A DNA stretch of 31,430 bases from Candidatus Diapherotrites archaeon CG11_big_fil_rev_8_21_14_0_20_37_9 (GCA_002762975.1 PCWY01000022.1:1-31430); one strand, 5' to 3'; counted from the stretch's first letter, positions 7,559 through 17,095 are shown. Translations and numbers: made by a program. The notes: generated by a model from the sequence alone, not told the origin.

Positions 7559-9109
7559 ATGGAAAAAAAAGTAATTAGAATTTTTGACACAACGCTTCGT
7601 GACGGTGAACAAAGTCCGGGCGCGACACTTTCGCATAAAGAAAAAATTTTAATTGCACAGCAACTTGAACGCCTTAATGTTGATATTATTGAAGCTGGTT
7701 TTCCTGTTGCCTCAAAAGATGATTTTAAAGCAGTGAATGAAATCGCAAAAATACTAAAAAAAAGTATTGTTTGTGCTCTTGCAAGATGCAAAAAAGAGGA
7801 TATTGATGTTGCTGCAAAAGCACTTGAGCCTGCAAAGAAAAAAAGGATTCATGTATTCCTTGCAACATCCCCAATCCATATGAAGTACAAGCTCAAGATG
7901 GATGAATCGCAGGTTCTTGAAGAGGCAGAGAAATGGGTTAAGTATGCAAAGCAGTTTGCTGAGGATATTGAATTTTCTCCTGAAGATGCCGGACGATCAA
8001 ATCCTGAATTTCTTTACAAGGTTCTTAGTGTTGCAATAAAAGCAGGCGCAACAACCCTCAATATACCTGATACTGTTGGTTACACTGAACCTGCAGAGTA
8101 CGGAAAATTAATTAAAGGAATAATTGAAAATACTCCTGGATATCATAAAGGAATTATAATTTCCACGCATTGCCATGATGATCTTGGTTTGAGTGTCGCA
8201 AACAGCCTTGCCGCAATTGATGCAGGCGCGACACAGGTTGAGGGTACAATAAATGGTATTGGTGAAAGAGCAGGAAACACTGCGCTTGAAGAGGTAATAA
8301 TGAACCTTCATTCAAGAGAAAATTATTTCAATGCAACAACCAACATTAATCTTTCAGAAATTTACAATACAAGTAGGATGGTTTCATCTTTTACTTCTCT
8401 TGTGGTTCAGCCTAATAAGGCAATTGTTGGAAGGAATGCGTTTGCGCACGAAGCAGGTATTCATCAGCATGGGATTCTTGCAAACAGGGAAGTTTATGAA
8501 ATAATGAATCCAAAAACAATTGGAAAGGAAACTGAACTTGTTATTGGCAAACATTCAGGAAAAGCAGCTATTAATGATTTTTTAAAAAAGAATGGCTATG
8601 ATTTAAACGAACCTGATGTTGCAGAAGTAACTGAAAGGGTTAAGGCTCTTGCGGATAAGAAAAAAATTATTTTTGATGAAGATGTAATTGCAATTGCAAA
8701 CAGCATTACAAACAGCCTTGAACCTGAAACGGTTTTTGTAAAACTCGAAGAAATAATTATTAATACAGGAAATAAAATGAAACCAACTGCAACTGTGAAG
8801 CTCAGTTATCTTTCACATGAAAAAACAGCAGTTGCTTCAGGAGTTGGACCTGTTGATGCAATGGCAAAAGCAATAAGCTCCGCGCTTGGGGAAAAATTTG
8901 AATTAAAAGAATACAATCTGAAAGCAATAACAGGCGGGACTGATGCGCTTGCTGATGTCACTATTGTGGTTTCAAATAAGGGTGGAAAAATTTTTAGTGC
9001 TGAATCACTGAATGAGGACATTACAATGGCTTCTGCTGAGGCTCTGATAAAGGGTATTAATAAAGCAATTGCGTTTGAAAAAAATGAAAAGGGAGATGAG
9101 TCAAAATGA
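7559..9109 (+). CDS. leuA: 2-isopropylmalate synthase
   Basis: [38 protein letters not shown] and a C-terminal regulatory domain with G.GPVDA. Start is GTG 7550 or ATG 7559. Confidence 0.93.
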   Translation: MEKKVIRIFDTTLRDGEQSPGATLSHKEKILIAQQLERLNVDIIEAGFPVASKDDFKAVNEIAKILKKSIVCALARCKKEDIDVAAKALEPAKKKRIHVFLATSPIHMKYKLKMDESQVLEEAEKWVKYAKQFAEDIEFSPEDAGRSNPEFLYKVLSVAIKAGATTLNIPDTVGYTEPAEYGKLIKGIIENTPGYHKGIIISTHCHDDLGLSVANSLAAIDAGATQVEGTINGIGERAGNTALEEVIMNLHSRENYFNATTNINLSEIYNTSRMVSSFTSLVVQPNKAIVGRNAFAHEAGIHQHGILANREVYEIMNPKTIGKETELVIGKHSGKAAINDFLKKNGYDLNEPDVAEVTERVKALADKKKIIFDEDVIAIANSITNSLEPETVFVKLEEIIINTGNKMKPTATVKLSYLSHEKTAVASGVGPVDAMAKAISSALGEKFELKEYNLKAITGGTDALADVTIVVSNKGGKIFSAESLNEDITMASAEALIKGINKAIAFEKNEKGDESK

Positions 9110-10800
9110 ACGGTGCGCAACAATTTCTTAAATCTTTGAGGAAAAACAAAGTAGAACATGCTTTCGGCATTCCTGGAGGAGTGCTAATTCCATTCTATGA
9201 TGAATTGTATAAGGATAACAGCGGGCTTAAACATATTCTTGTAAGGCATGAGCAAGCAGGAGCCCACATGGCTGAGGGTTATGCAAAAGTATCCGGAAAA
9301 GTAGGCACATGCATTGGAACATCAGGACCTGGTGCCACAAATCTTGTTACAGGTATTGCGGATGCGTTTATGGATTCTGTGCCAATTGTTGCGATTGGCG
9401 GACAAGTTGCTACATCTCTTATAGGAAAGGACGCTTTTCAGGAAGCAGATATGATGGGAATTACGAATCCAATTACAAAGCATAATTTCCAGATAAGAAA
9501 TCCGAATAAGATTGAATCTGTTGTTGATGCGGCTTATTTTATTGCTTCCACAAACAGACCCGGTCCGGTTTATATTGATCTTCCTAAAGATACTCAGCAA
9601 AAAGATGTAACTGGTTCTGAAAAGGTAAATTTATCTGGTTACAAAGTTCTTGAAGGTTTTGATAAAGAGGCTGTAAAGGAGGCTGCAAAACTTTTACTTT
9701 CTGCACAAAGACCTGTAATTCTTGTTGGCGGTGGAGCAGTTCATGCGAATTGTTCACAGGAATTAAAGCAGCTTGCTGAAATTTGTATGATTATGGTTGC
9801 AAGTACCAGTCAAGGTAAGGGCGTTTTTGATGAAAGGCATCCGCTTTCAATTGGCATGACAGGAATGCATGGTAAACCGCCTGCTGTTTTTGCAATTCAA
9901 AAAAGTGATGTGCTTTTTACAATTGGAATGCGTTTCGATGATCGTGTTACAGGACAATTGAATTCTTTTGCACCAGAAGCAAAGGTTATTCATATTGAAA
10001 TTGATCCTAGTGAGATTCACAAAAACAGAACTGCTAACATCCCTATTCTTGGTGATGCAAAAGATGTTCTTACTGAATTAGTTATTGTTATAAAAAAAAT
10101 GCAATGGAAGAACACTGCTTGGTTGGATAAACTGAAATTATTGAAGAAAGAATACCAGGATGATAATCTTGATATTAATACTGAGCCGATTGATCCGAGA
10201 AAATTGATGTTCGAGCTTCAGAAAGTAATTGATGATGACACTATTGTTGCAACAGGTGTCGGCGAGCATCAAATGGATGTTGCGCATTTCATTAAGTTTG
10301 CAAAACCAAGAAAATTCATTACTTCAGGCGGTCTTGGAACAATGGGTTTTGGTTTTCCTGCAGCAATAGGCGCGAAAGTTGCGATGCCAAAAAATGATGT
10401 AATTAATGTTGATGGTGATGGTAGCTTTATGATGACAATGCAGGAACTTGCCACAGTAAAGGTCAATGATATCAAGGTTACTAATATTATAATGAATAAT
10501 GGTTACCTTGGAATGGTAAGAAGTTGGCATGATCTTTTCTATGAAGGTAGGAGAAGCCAGGTTCATCTTGGAAAAATACCTGATTTTGAAAAGCTTGCAA
10601 ATGCATTTTCGCTTGAGGGCATTACTGTTGAAAGGCCATCTGAAATAGGAGATGCATTTAAAAGAGCGCTTGCAAGTGATGGTACTTCTATAGTGAATGT
10701 GCATGTTAAAGAGGATGCAATTGTATTACCTATAGTTCCTGCAGGTGCAAGCAACAGCAAGATGATTGGAGATATGATTCCAAAGGATTATTTTGAATGA
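9106..10800 (+). CDS. ilvB: Acetolactate synthase large subunit
   Basis: FGIPGG, RHEQAGAHMAEGYA, SGPGATN, GQV, TSGGLGTMGFG and the ThDP motif GDGSF...NN. ATGA overlap with leuA. Confidence 0.95.
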   Translation: MNGAQQFLKSLRKNKVEHAFGIPGGVLIPFYDELYKDNSGLKHILVRHEQAGAHMAEGYAKVSGKVGTCIGTSGPGATNLVTGIADAFMDSVPIVAIGGQVATSLIGKDAFQEADMMGITNPITKHNFQIRNPNKIESVVDAAYFIASTNRPGPVYIDLPKDTQQKDVTGSEKVNLSGYKVLEGFDKEAVKEAAKLLLSAQRPVILVGGGAVHANCSQELKQLAEICMIMVASTSQGKGVFDERHPLSIGMTGMHGKPPAVFAIQKSDVLFTIGMRFDDRVTGQLNSFAPEAKVIHIEIDPSEIHKNRTANIPILGDAKDVLTELVIVIKKMQWKNTAWLDKLKLLKKEYQDDNLDINTEPIDPRKLMFELQKVIDDDTIVATGVGEHQMDVAHFIKFAKPRKFITSGGLGTMGFGFPAAIGAKVAMPKNDVINVDGDGSFMMTMQELATVKVNDIKVTNIIMNNGYLGMVRSWHDLFYEGRRSQVHLGKIPDFEKLANAFSLEGITVERPSEIGDAFKRALASDGTSIVNVHVKEDAIVLPIVPAGASNSKMIGDMIPKDYFE

Positions 10801-11276
10801 ATGGGGGTGCATGGGTTATGGAAAAATATATTATAAAATTTCTTGCAGTAAATTCAAGAGGAGTAATTGCACGGCTTTCTGCTCTTATTGCAAGAAAAGG
10901 TTTCAATATTGAGTCTTTTTGTGCAGGCCATCATATCAAAGATGGTGAAAGTTCTATTGTAATAACTTTTTCAGGGTCTGAGGGAGATGTTCAGCAGGCT
11001 GTTGCACAGATGAGCAAACTGATTAACATTATCAGTGCTGAATATTATCACGAAAAGGATGTTGTACAGCGTGAGCTTCTTCTTGTGAAACTCAAAAATG
11101 TTTCAGGAGTAAAAGAAAAGGCTCAGGCTCTTGGCGGCAGGCTTATGAAAGAATATAGTGGATTTGTTGATTTTGAATTTGTCGATAAACCAAACAGTAT
11201 TGAAAAAAATGTCGCTGAATTAAAGAAAAATTTTACTGTGATTGATATTTCAAGGAGCGGTAACAATGCGATTTAA
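10797..11276 (+). CDS. ilvN: Acetolactate synthase small (ACT regulatory) subunit
   Basis: N..GVIARLSALIARKGFNIES ACT domain, QMSKLINII, QRELLLVK and terminal SRSG. Alternative start ATG 10818. Confidence 0.85.
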   Translation: MNGGAWVMEKYIIKFLAVNSRGVIARLSALIARKGFNIESFCAGHHIKDGESSIVITFSGSEGDVQQAVAQMSKLINIISAEYYHEKDVVQRELLLVKLKNVSGVKEKAQALGGRLMKEYSGFVDFEFVDKPNSIEKNVAELKKNFTVIDISRSGNNAI

Positions 11277-11321
11277 TAAAAATTTGCATTGGAAAATATT
11301 ATTGATTAATGGGGTGATGAT

Positions 11322-12305
11322 GTGAAATTTTTGAAGGACAAAGATGCTGATGTTAATTCAGTAAAGGGAAAAACTATTGCAGTTATTGGTTATGGTGCAC
11401 AGGGTGCTGCTCAGGCAATGTGTATGAAAGATTCTGGTCTTAACGTAATAATTGGATTGAGGCAGGGCAGCGAGAAATGGAAAACTGCAGAACAGTATGG
11501 TTTTGAGGTTCTTGAAACAGCAAAAGCTGCTGAGAAAGCCGATATAATCCATGTTCTTATGCCTGATGAAAAGCAGGCTGATGCATTTGAAAATGACATT
11601 AAACCTCATTTAACAAAAGGAAAAACTCTTTCATTTTCACATGGATTTAACATTTGTTACAAGTTCATTGTTCCTCCAACAGACATTGATGTTATAATGG
11701 TTGCGCCGAAAGCCCCTGGCACAGAAGAAAGAAAACAGTTTTTGCAGGGCTTTGGTGTTCCTGGTCTTATTTCAATAAGGCAGGATGTTTCAGGCAATGC
11801 AAAAAAAACCGCGCTTGCAATGGCAAAAGCATGTGGTTTCACAAGGGCAGGAGTAATTGAATGCACTTTTGAACAGGAAACATTTGAGGATCTTTTCGGA
11901 GAACAGGCTGTTCTTTGTGGAGGGCTTTCTGAATTGATTACTACAGGCTTTGAAACTCTTGTTGAGGCGGGTTATCCTGCTGAAATGGCTTATTTTGAAT
12001 GCCTTCATGAAACAAAACTCATTGTTGACCTTATTTATGAAGGCGGAATGACTCATATGTGGGATGTTGTTTCAAATACTGCTGAATACGGTGGCAGGAC
12101 AAGAGGAAAGGCAATTATAGATCCTGAAGTAAAGCAGAGAATGAAGAAGCTTCTTGCTGATGTTGAATCAGGGAAATTTGCCAATGAGTGGATTGCCGAG
12201 TATAAAAGCGGATTGAAGAATTTCAAAAAACTCAGGGAAGAGCAGAATAACCATGAGATTGAAATTGTTGGCAAAGAGATTAGGGATCTTTTCAAAAAAG
12301 AGTGA
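11322..12305 (+). CDS. ilvC: Ketol-acid reductoisomerase
   Basis: [48 protein letters not shown] and [17 protein letters not shown] precedes the GTG start. Confidence 0.96.
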   Translation: MKFLKDKDADVNSVKGKTIAVIGYGAQGAAQAMCMKDSGLNVIIGLRQGSEKWKTAEQYGFEVLETAKAAEKADIIHVLMPDEKQADAFENDIKPHLTKGKTLSFSHGFNICYKFIVPPTDIDVIMVAPKAPGTEERKQFLQGFGVPGLISIRQDVSGNAKKTALAMAKACGFTRAGVIECTFEQETFEDLFGEQAVLCGGLSELITTGFETLVEAGYPAEMAYFECLHETKLIVDLIYEGGMTHMWDVVSNTAEYGGRTRGKAIIDPEVKQRMKKLLADVESGKFANEWIAEYKSGLKNFKKLREEQNNHEIEIVGKEIRDLFKKE

Positions 12306-13447
12306 TTTCATTGGTTAAATATAAAATTGCGCTGATGCCCGGAGACGGCATCGGTCCCGAAATAATTTCTGAGGGCAGAAAAGTAATTGATGCTGTTTCA
12401 GAGCTCAATGGATTTGAAATTGATTGGGTTGAGTATAATAATGGCGCCGAGAAATATCTCAAAACTGGTGAATTAATTACTGAAGAAACCCTTGCGGAAA
12501 TTAAGGGTTCATGTAAAGCAATTTATCTTGGCGCGCTTGGAGATCCAAGGTGCAAGCCAGGTATTTTAGAAAAAGGAATTCTTCTCAAAACAAGGTTTTA
12601 TTTTGACCAGTATGTTAACTTAAGGCCAATTAAATTACTTGATGGTGTTGATTGTCCGCTTAAGGGTAAGGGTCCAAAGGATATTGATTTTACTGTTGTA
12701 CGCGAAAACACTGAGGACTTTTATGTTGGCATAGGTAATCGTGTTGGTAAAGGAAATTCAAAGCAGGGGCTTGAAGTTCTTCGTGAATTGTATAAAGTTA
12801 AATTTGGTCTTGATATTGAAAGCACGGATGAAATTGCTTATCAGATTGGTGTGATGAGCAAATCTGGTGCTGATCGCGTGATAAAATATGGGTTTGAACT
12901 TGCAAAAAAAGAAAATGTTGAAACAGTTTATTTTGTTGACAAGGCAAATGTGCTTTCCGACATTTATGGTTTTTGGCGTGAAAGGGTTGAGTTGCAGGCA
13001 AAGAATTATCCTGGCATAAAACCTGAGTTCATGTTTGTTGACGCAATTACCATGTGGTTTGTGAAAAATCCTGAATGGTTTAAGGTTGTCACAACTCCGA
13101 ACATGTTTGGTGATATTATAACTGATTTAGGCGCAATGATTCAGGGTGGTTTAGGTTTGGCGCCTGGCGGAAACATTAATCCTGATGGAATTTCAATGTT
13201 CGAACCAATTCATGGTTCTGCTCCAAAGTATAAGGGTCTTGATACTGCAAATCCACTTGCAACAATATGGGCAGGTGCATTAATGCTTGAGGAAATAGGT
13301 GAACCAGAATCAAAGGAGCTTATTGTGAATGCAATTCAGGAAATTTTGAAAGAAGGGAAAGTAAAAACAAAAGACCTTGGTGGCACGCATAAATGCAGTG
13401 AAATGGGTTCTGCTGTTGCTGAAAAGTGCAAAGAGCTTTTTCAGTAG
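12302..13447 (+). CDS. leuB: 3-isopropylmalate dehydrogenase (isocitrate/isopropylmalate dehydrogenase family)
   Basis: [33 protein letters not shown] and FEPIHGSAP, plus operon context. Confidence 0.85.
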   Translation: MISLVKYKIALMPGDGIGPEIISEGRKVIDAVSELNGFEIDWVEYNNGAEKYLKTGELITEETLAEIKGSCKAIYLGALGDPRCKPGILEKGILLKTRFYFDQYVNLRPIKLLDGVDCPLKGKGPKDIDFTVVRENTEDFYVGIGNRVGKGNSKQGLEVLRELYKVKFGLDIESTDEIAYQIGVMSKSGADRVIKYGFELAKKENVETVYFVDKANVLSDIYGFWRERVELQAKNYPGIKPEFMFVDAITMWFVKNPEWFKVVTTPNMFGDIITDLGAMIQGGLGLAPGGNINPDGISMFEPIHGSAPKYKGLDTANPLATIWAGALMLEEIGEPESKELIVNAIQEILKEGKVKTKDLGGTHKCSEMGSAVAEKCKELFQ

Positions 13448-13509
13448 TTTATTTTTCTGAACTTATTTTTGGAGATAAAAATAATAATTCAACTTAACCT
13501 AATTCTTTA

Positions 13510-14385
13510 ATGTTATTTGATCCCTTAATTATTGCTTTTATTGTAGCTTTTATTGGATTTATTTTTCAGAAAAAATTTGGTTTTGATCAAAAATCACTGG
13601 CAAATATCCTTATTTACATTACTGGTCCGGCGCTTACATTTGCAGCAATTTATTCAAAAGAAATTATTCTTCATGAATTTTTTGTAATAGGGGTTTCGGC
13701 ATTTGCTGTGATGTTTGCATCAGGTATTTTTGCATATTTGCTTTATCGTGTACTTGGTTACACTGGAACGGGAATGATTCTTCCTGCAATGTTCATGAAT
13801 TCTGCCTATCTTGGTTTTCCTGTTGCGCTTTTTGCTTTTGGAGAAGAAGGTTTACAATATGCAATAATTTATGATTTATTTGAAACACTTTTGATGTTTT
13901 CGCTTGGGGTTTTTCTTGTTCAAAGTGCATTGAAAAAAAAGCGGGAAAAACTTGCAGGAATTTTAAAATTACCTTTGATTTATGCCATTTCATTTGCAAT
14001 TATTTTTAATTTTGCACAAATTCAGATTCCTTCAGTTCTTGTTGAATCATTGAACCTATTGGGTCTTGCTACAATACCTCTTGCTTTACTTTCACTTGGG
14101 GGAAGACTTGCCCAACTTAAAATTGGTTCATTAAAAATACCGGTTGCTGCGGTTTTTTCAAGGCTTGCAATAGGCGCGGTAATCGGACTTGCTTTTGTAT
14201 ATTTATTTAATCTCTCTGGAATTCTTGCTTCAATTGTTCTTTTGCTTTCGGTGATGCCTCCTGCGGTTAACAGTTATGTGCTTAATGAAAAGTTTTCAAA
14301 TGAAGCTGATAATGCAGCAACTGCTGTTTTAATTGGAACTATTTTGAGTGTGATTCCTATAGGCATTATTCTTTTTTTCCATTAA
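13510..14385 (+). CDS. AEC (auxin efflux carrier / malate permease-like) family transporter
   Basis: About 10 hydrophobic segments; NSAYLGFPV and SVMPPAVNSY motifs. Confidence 0.85.
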   Translation: MLFDPLIIAFIVAFIGFIFQKKFGFDQKSLANILIYITGPALTFAAIYSKEIILHEFFVIGVSAFAVMFASGIFAYLLYRVLGYTGTGMILPAMFMNSAYLGFPVALFAFGEEGLQYAIIYDLFETLLMFSLGVFLVQSALKKKREKLAGILKLPLIYAISFAIIFNFAQIQIPSVLVESLNLLGLATIPLALLSLGGRLAQLKIGSLKIPVAAVFSRLAIGAVIGLAFVYLFNLSGILASIVLLLSVMPPAVNSYVLNEKFSNEADNAATAVLIGTILSVIPIGIILFFH

Positions 14386-14439
14386 TTTAAATTTTTTGTG
14401 TAAACAAAAAGAATATAATGTACAAAATGCATTAGTTGA

Positions 14440-14841
14440 ATGTTCATTATGTCTGCACAACAAACAAATACTTCAAATAATTCAGCTGATGTAAATTCTG
14501 ATTCAAATTTAATTGCGGCGCTTGCTTACCTGCCTGTTCTTCAGCCGTTTATTCCAATAGTTACTTTGCTTTTGAGGCCTAATGATAAATTTGTAAAGTT
14601 TCATTCAATTCAGGCGCTTGGACTTTTTCTTGCAATATTTATTGGCGGGTTGATTTTCAGCATAATTGCAATCATATTTGCTGTGGCAACCCTTGGTCTT
14701 GGCATATTTTTGCTTTTGCCGATATTTGCAGTATGCGGGCTTGCTGAACTCATTTTAAGCATTATTTTGATGATTAAGGCATACCAAGGGGAAAAGTACA
14801 AGCTTCCTGTAATTGGCGAATGGGCTGAAACTTTCAAGTAA
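14440..14841 (+). CDS. DUF4870-like small membrane protein
   Basis: AALAYL, FVKFHSIQAL and KAYQGEKYKLPVIGEWAE pattern. Alternative start 14449. Confidence 0.8.
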   Translation: MFIMSAQQTNTSNNSADVNSDSNLIAALAYLPVLQPFIPIVTLLLRPNDKFVKFHSIQALGLFLAIFIGGLIFSIIAIIFAVATLGLGIFLLLPIFAVCGLAELILSIILMIKAYQGEKYKLPVIGEWAETFK

Positions 14842-14856
14842 ATTTAACAAAAACCT

Positions 14857-14864
14857 TTTATATT
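14857..14864 (+). promoter_or_regulatory. Putative TATA box of the pheA leader transcript
   Basis: TTTTATAT preceded by A-rich BRE-like caaaaacc; starts 29 nt before ATG 14886. Confidence 0.6.
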
Positions 14865-14885
14865 TCCTGCAACCCATATATTATA

Positions 14886-14978
14886 ATGTTATACGCTACA
14901 ATTGCAAAGAATGATTCAGCTGTTTCAAAAGTAGCTTCGGCATTTGCTTTTTATTTCTATTTCTTTTTCTTTAAATAA
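14886..14978 (+). CDS. Putative Phe/Tyr-sensing leader peptide MLYATIAKNDSAVSKVASAFAFYFYFFFFK
   Basis: 30 codons ending FAFYFYFFFFK (7 Phe and 3 Tyr in total), 102 nt upstream of pheA. Confidence 0.8.
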   Translation: MLYATIAKNDSAVSKVASAFAFYFYFFFFK

Positions 14979-14979
14979 C

Positions 14980-15029
14980 ACCCTTTCTGACCTTTGGCAA
15001 GAAGGATTGGGTTTCCAAAAAGTTTTTTT
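14980..15029 (+). promoter_or_regulatory. Attenuator-like hairpins and T7 tract after the Phe/Tyr leader
   Basis: Imperfect stem accc/gggt plus tttct/agaag (14980-15012) competes with ttgg-gttt-ccaa (15007-15018). T7 at 15023-15029. Confidence 0.5.
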
Positions 15030-15080
15030 AAGTTAAATTAAATTAGGGTTGAAAATAAATTTTGAAAATTGGTGAGGTTT

Positions 15081-16148
15081 ATGAGTTTGGAGAAAACAAG
15101 AAAAAAAATTGATGAAGTTGATGATGAAATAGTTGATTTATTGAATAAGCGCCTTGAACTCGCTATTGATGTTGGCAAAGAAAAAAAAGAACACAGCGAA
15201 ATTGTTTATGATCCTGTAAGGGAAGAACAGATAATTGAAAAGCTTGCAAAAAAAAGCAAGGGTTTTCCAAAAGAGGGCATTGAGTCAGTATTCAGAGAAA
15301 TTTTTAGTGTTTCAAGAAAGGCACAGTCCCCTATAAAGATTGCTTACCTTGGGCCTGAAACAACATTCACGCATTCAGCTGCATTAAAACAATTTGGTAC
15401 GCAGGCGGAGTATAAATCAAAAGACTCTATTAATGATGTTTTTCTTTCCGTTGAAAAAGGCGAAACCGATTTTGGTGTTGTTCCTGTAGAAAATAGCATG
15501 GAAGGTTCAGTCAATAGAACCTACGATAGGCTCATTACATCGGAACTTAATATTGTTGGTGAAATCTCATTGAAAGTAAACCATAATCTTCTTTCTAAAT
15601 ACAGGTTAAGAGATATCACAAAGATCTACAGTCATCCTATGGCGATTGCTCAATGCAGGGAATGGATTTCGAAGAATTTGCCAAAAGCGGAAATATTTGA
15701 AGTGAGTTCAACTGCGGCAAGTGTTGAAGCAGGCACTTTGTATTTAAATTCTGCTGGCATTGGTTCTGAGCTTGCTGCACAAAAATTTGGTTTGCAGGTT
15801 GTTGAAAAAAATATTCAGGATTTAAGCTCCAATTATACAAGATTCCTTGTGCTTGGCAGGGTGATGCCTAAAAAATCTAGTAAAAGCAAAACAAGTATTG
15901 TTTTTTCGGCAAAGCATGAACCAGGTTCTTTGTTTAATGCACTTGAGCCTCTTAAAAAGCATATGATTAACATGACTAAAATAGAGTCAAGACCGACAAG
16001 GATGAGAAACTGGGAGTATGTGTTCTTTGTTGATTTCCAGGGGTATGTTGAGGATGAAAATGTGGTAAAAGCACTTGGGGAAATGAAGAAAAATACTGCC
16101 CTACTGAAAATACTCGGGTCTTATCCTGAAAAAGCGAGGTTTGAATAA
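15081..16148 (+). CDS. pheA: Bifunctional chorismate mutase / prephenate dehydratase with ACT domain
   Basis: N-terminal R.KIDEVD..IV.LLNKR (AroQ), LGPETTFT, VPVENSMEGSV, NYTRFLVL, INMTKIESRP and LGSY. GGTGAGG RBS precedes ATG 15081. Confidence 0.95.
   Translation: MSLEKTRKKIDEVDDEIVDLLNKRLELAIDVGKEKKEHSEIVYDPVREEQIIEKLAKKSKGFPKEGIESVFREIFSVSRKAQSPIKIAYLGPETTFTHSAALKQFGTQAEYKSKDSINDVFLSVEKGETDFGVVPVENSMEGSVNRTYDRLITSELNIVGEISLKVNHNLLSKYRLRDITKIYSHPMAIAQCREWISKNLPKAEIFEVSSTAASVEAGTLYLNSAGIGSELAAQKFGLQVVEKNIQDLSSNYTRFLVLGRVMPKKSSKSKTSIVFSAKHEPGSLFNALEPLKKHMINMTKIESRPTRMRNWEYVFFVDFQGYVEDENVVKALGEMKKNTALLKILGSYPEKARFE
16128..16148 (+). repeat. Direct repeat copy 1 (pheA 3' end)
   Basis: gaaaaagcgaggtttgaataa, identical to 17138-17158. 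Confidence 0.95.
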
Positions 16149-16151
16149 TTC

Positions 16152-16176
16152 TTAAAAAAATGGGAGATTTTTTTAA
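16152..16176 (+). terminator. A/T hairpin and T tract after pheA
   Basis: ttaaaaaaa-tgggaga-tttttttaa. Confidence 0.35.
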
Positions 16177-16213
16177 AAAAAAAACTCGCACCGACAAAGT
16201 AGCTTAAAAATGG

Positions 16214-16251
16214 TTATAAATGCCAAAAATTTAGTTTAGTATTAAACTAAA
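16214..16251 (+). promoter_or_regulatory. TATA box plus 9-bp inverted repeat (candidate operator) of the Bro-N gene
   Basis: TTATAAAT at 16214-16221; tttagttta-gtat-taaactaaa at 16230-16251. Confidence 0.55.
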
Positions 16252-16260
16252 ATACGGGGT

Positions 16261-17091
16261 ATGGTTATGGAAGAAACAAATGCATTGGCAATATTTCAAG
16301 GCAAGAAAATAAGGAGAACCATGCATGATAGCGAATGGTGGTTTTCAATCGAGGATATTGTAAAAGCTCTAACTGATTCTCAGGATCCAAAACAATATAT
16401 CAATAAATTGAGAAAAAGGGATGAACCCCTTTCAAAAGGGTGGGTACAATTTGTACATACCCTTCCTGTTTTAACTTCTGGGGGAAAGCAAAAAGTGAAT
16501 TGTTCTAATACTAAAGGTATTTTTAGAATAATCCAGTCAATTCCCTCTCCAAAAGCCGAACCATTCAAACTCTGGCTTGCTAAGGTAGGGTATGAAAGAG
16601 TAGAGGAAATTCAAAATCCTGAACTTGCTCAAAAAAGAATGAAAGAATTGTACAAACAAAAAGGTTATTCTGATGACTGGGTTGAAAAAAGAGTAAGAGG
16701 AATTGCAATTAGGGATGAACTAACTGATGAGTGGAAAAAAAGAGATGTAAAAACAAATAAAGAATATGCTATTCTTACTGCTAAAATTTCAAAAGAAACG
16801 TTCGGCATGACTCCTGGTGAATACAAGAAATTCAAGGGTTTGAAGAACGAAAACCTAAGGGATTATATGGATGATTTAGAACTCATTTTTTCAATGTTTG
16901 GAGAAAGAGTTACAACCGAAATAACCAAAAATCAAGACACCAAAGGGTTTGATGAATGTAAGGGTGCGGCAAAAAAAGGCGGAAAAGTAGCAGGAAATGC
17001 AAGAAAAGATGCTGAAAAACAGATTGGAAAACCAATTTCAAAAAAAGATAATTATAAGCAATTAACGGAAAAAAAGAAACTTAAAAGGTAA
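16261..17091 (+). CDS. Bro-N domain protein (phage antirepressor-like DNA-binding protein)
   Basis: F.GKKIRR....EWWFSI.DIV..LTDS.DP.QY, and GIFRIIQSIPSPKAEPFKLWLA.VG.ER.EEI.NPEL. Confidence 0.85.
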   Translation: MVMEETNALAIFQGKKIRRTMHDSEWWFSIEDIVKALTDSQDPKQYINKLRKRDEPLSKGWVQFVHTLPVLTSGGKQKVNCSNTKGIFRIIQSIPSPKAEPFKLWLAKVGYERVEEIQNPELAQKRMKELYKQKGYSDDWVEKRVRGIAIRDELTDEWKKRDVKTNKEYAILTAKISKETFGMTPGEYKKFKGLKNENLRDYMDDLELIFSMFGERVTTEITKNQDTKGFDECKGAAKKGGKVAGNARKDAEKQIGKPISKKDNYKQLTEKKKLKR

Positions 17092-17095
17092 TAAA

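Noticed and set aside
7396-7791. Antisense 131-aa ORF over the leader and leuA, and the other antisense or nested track ORFs inside conserved genes
   Set aside because: Shadow frames of well-supported genes, with no recognisable motifs or initiation signals.
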